Part shown: positions 63,515 to 64,000 of the stretch, piece by piece
Numbering within the stretch: the first letter of the stretch is position 1
How the letters are laid out: every line of letters begins with the position of its first letter
Source of the DNA: Glaucostegus cemiculus
Taxonomy: Eukaryota
Direction of reading: 5' to 3'
Length of the DNA stretch: 64,000 bases
Assembly (NCBI GenBank): GCA_976551045.1
Contig: CDPCPM010000026.1
Location: forward strand, 21,700,001-21,764,000
Notes under the pieces: generated by a model
What the model saw: the letters and a program-made list of their open reading frames with translations, nothing else
Told to the model about the DNA's origin: nothing
Database searches by the model: none
Made by a program: the position numbers and the translations under genes

Positions 63515-63545
<31 letters not shown>

Positions 63546-63555
63546 GGGGGGGGGG
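63515..63555. repeat. (GT)14 followed by a G13 run
   Basis: Directly visible. Confidence 0.97.
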
Positions 63556-64000
63556 TTGGTGATGCACACAAACTCCGCTCACTTAAAATTCGTCAATCAT
63601 TTGTGCGTATTAAAATGAATATAATTTATCTTAACGCCATGTGTCAACACAACTGCAAAACACCGTACCCTAATGAAGCAGCATTAACAGCAACTTGTAG
63701 TCTTTAATTTTTAATGTCAGTTACTTTCAGGTTACACAATAAAAGAAAAACTGAATATGGACAGGAATGCGTAATTTAATTTGTGCCTTTGCATTGTTTA
63801 TTAAAAAATACTAACTGCATACATTTCCATTCCATTTCTTATCATGTAAATGGATATACTGTACGGATCACTTACATTGGCTTGGAGATGCTTGTGAACA
63901 AACTGCACTTAAGAACCATTTGAGTCCACTCTCTAAATATTGTAGCTCCAATTAAAAACGCATCAAAAATAATTCTACCGTGCTGTATTGTCTGGGCCGA

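Larger units (their letters stand above)
61800..64000. promoter_or_regulatory. Probable CpG-island shore / hypomethylated flank of a promoter beyond the window
   Basis: By-eye count of about 35-40 CpG in 2.2 kb versus about 8 in 58000-60000; no recognisable transposon remnants. Confidence 0.5.

Noticed and set aside
1-64000. CRISPR arrays, operons, rRNA, bona fide tRNA, snoRNA or known miRNA genes
   Set aside because: Vertebrate repeat-rich DNA; no regularly spaced repeat-spacer array; tRNA-like pieces are SINE/LINE heads; no RNA gene I could recognise

Overview
AT-rich, CpG-depleted vertebrate non-coding DNA. The repeat content (many CR1 LINEs, SacSINE1/DeuSINE-type SINEs, a V-SINE, and Penelope-type fold-back elements) points to a cartilaginous fish, possibly a batoid; the species assignment is inference from remembered repeat families. 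I found no credible intact host coding exon: the ORF-track entries are either decayed LINE ORF2 fragments or look like chance ORFs. An apparent A/C excess on the + strand, a few minus-strand splice-site pairs and a CpG rise with repeat depletion toward the right edge suggest the 5' intron(s) of a large minus-strand gene whose promoter lies just beyond 64000; the gene cannot be identified. The main observations are: (1) a family of short inverted-repeat elements whose copies share a decayed minimal hammerhead-ribozyme motif; (2) an L2/CR1-group LINE whose endonuclease start follows a tRNA-derived SINE-like head, with no room for ORF1; (3) a locally templated insertion inside a CR1; (4) a 115-bp module duplicated next to two fold-back elements; (5) a CpG-rich candidate alternative exon pair near 57 kb. 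Boundaries were set by eye (about +/-30 nt unless stated), and family names need RepeatMasker/Dfam confirmation.
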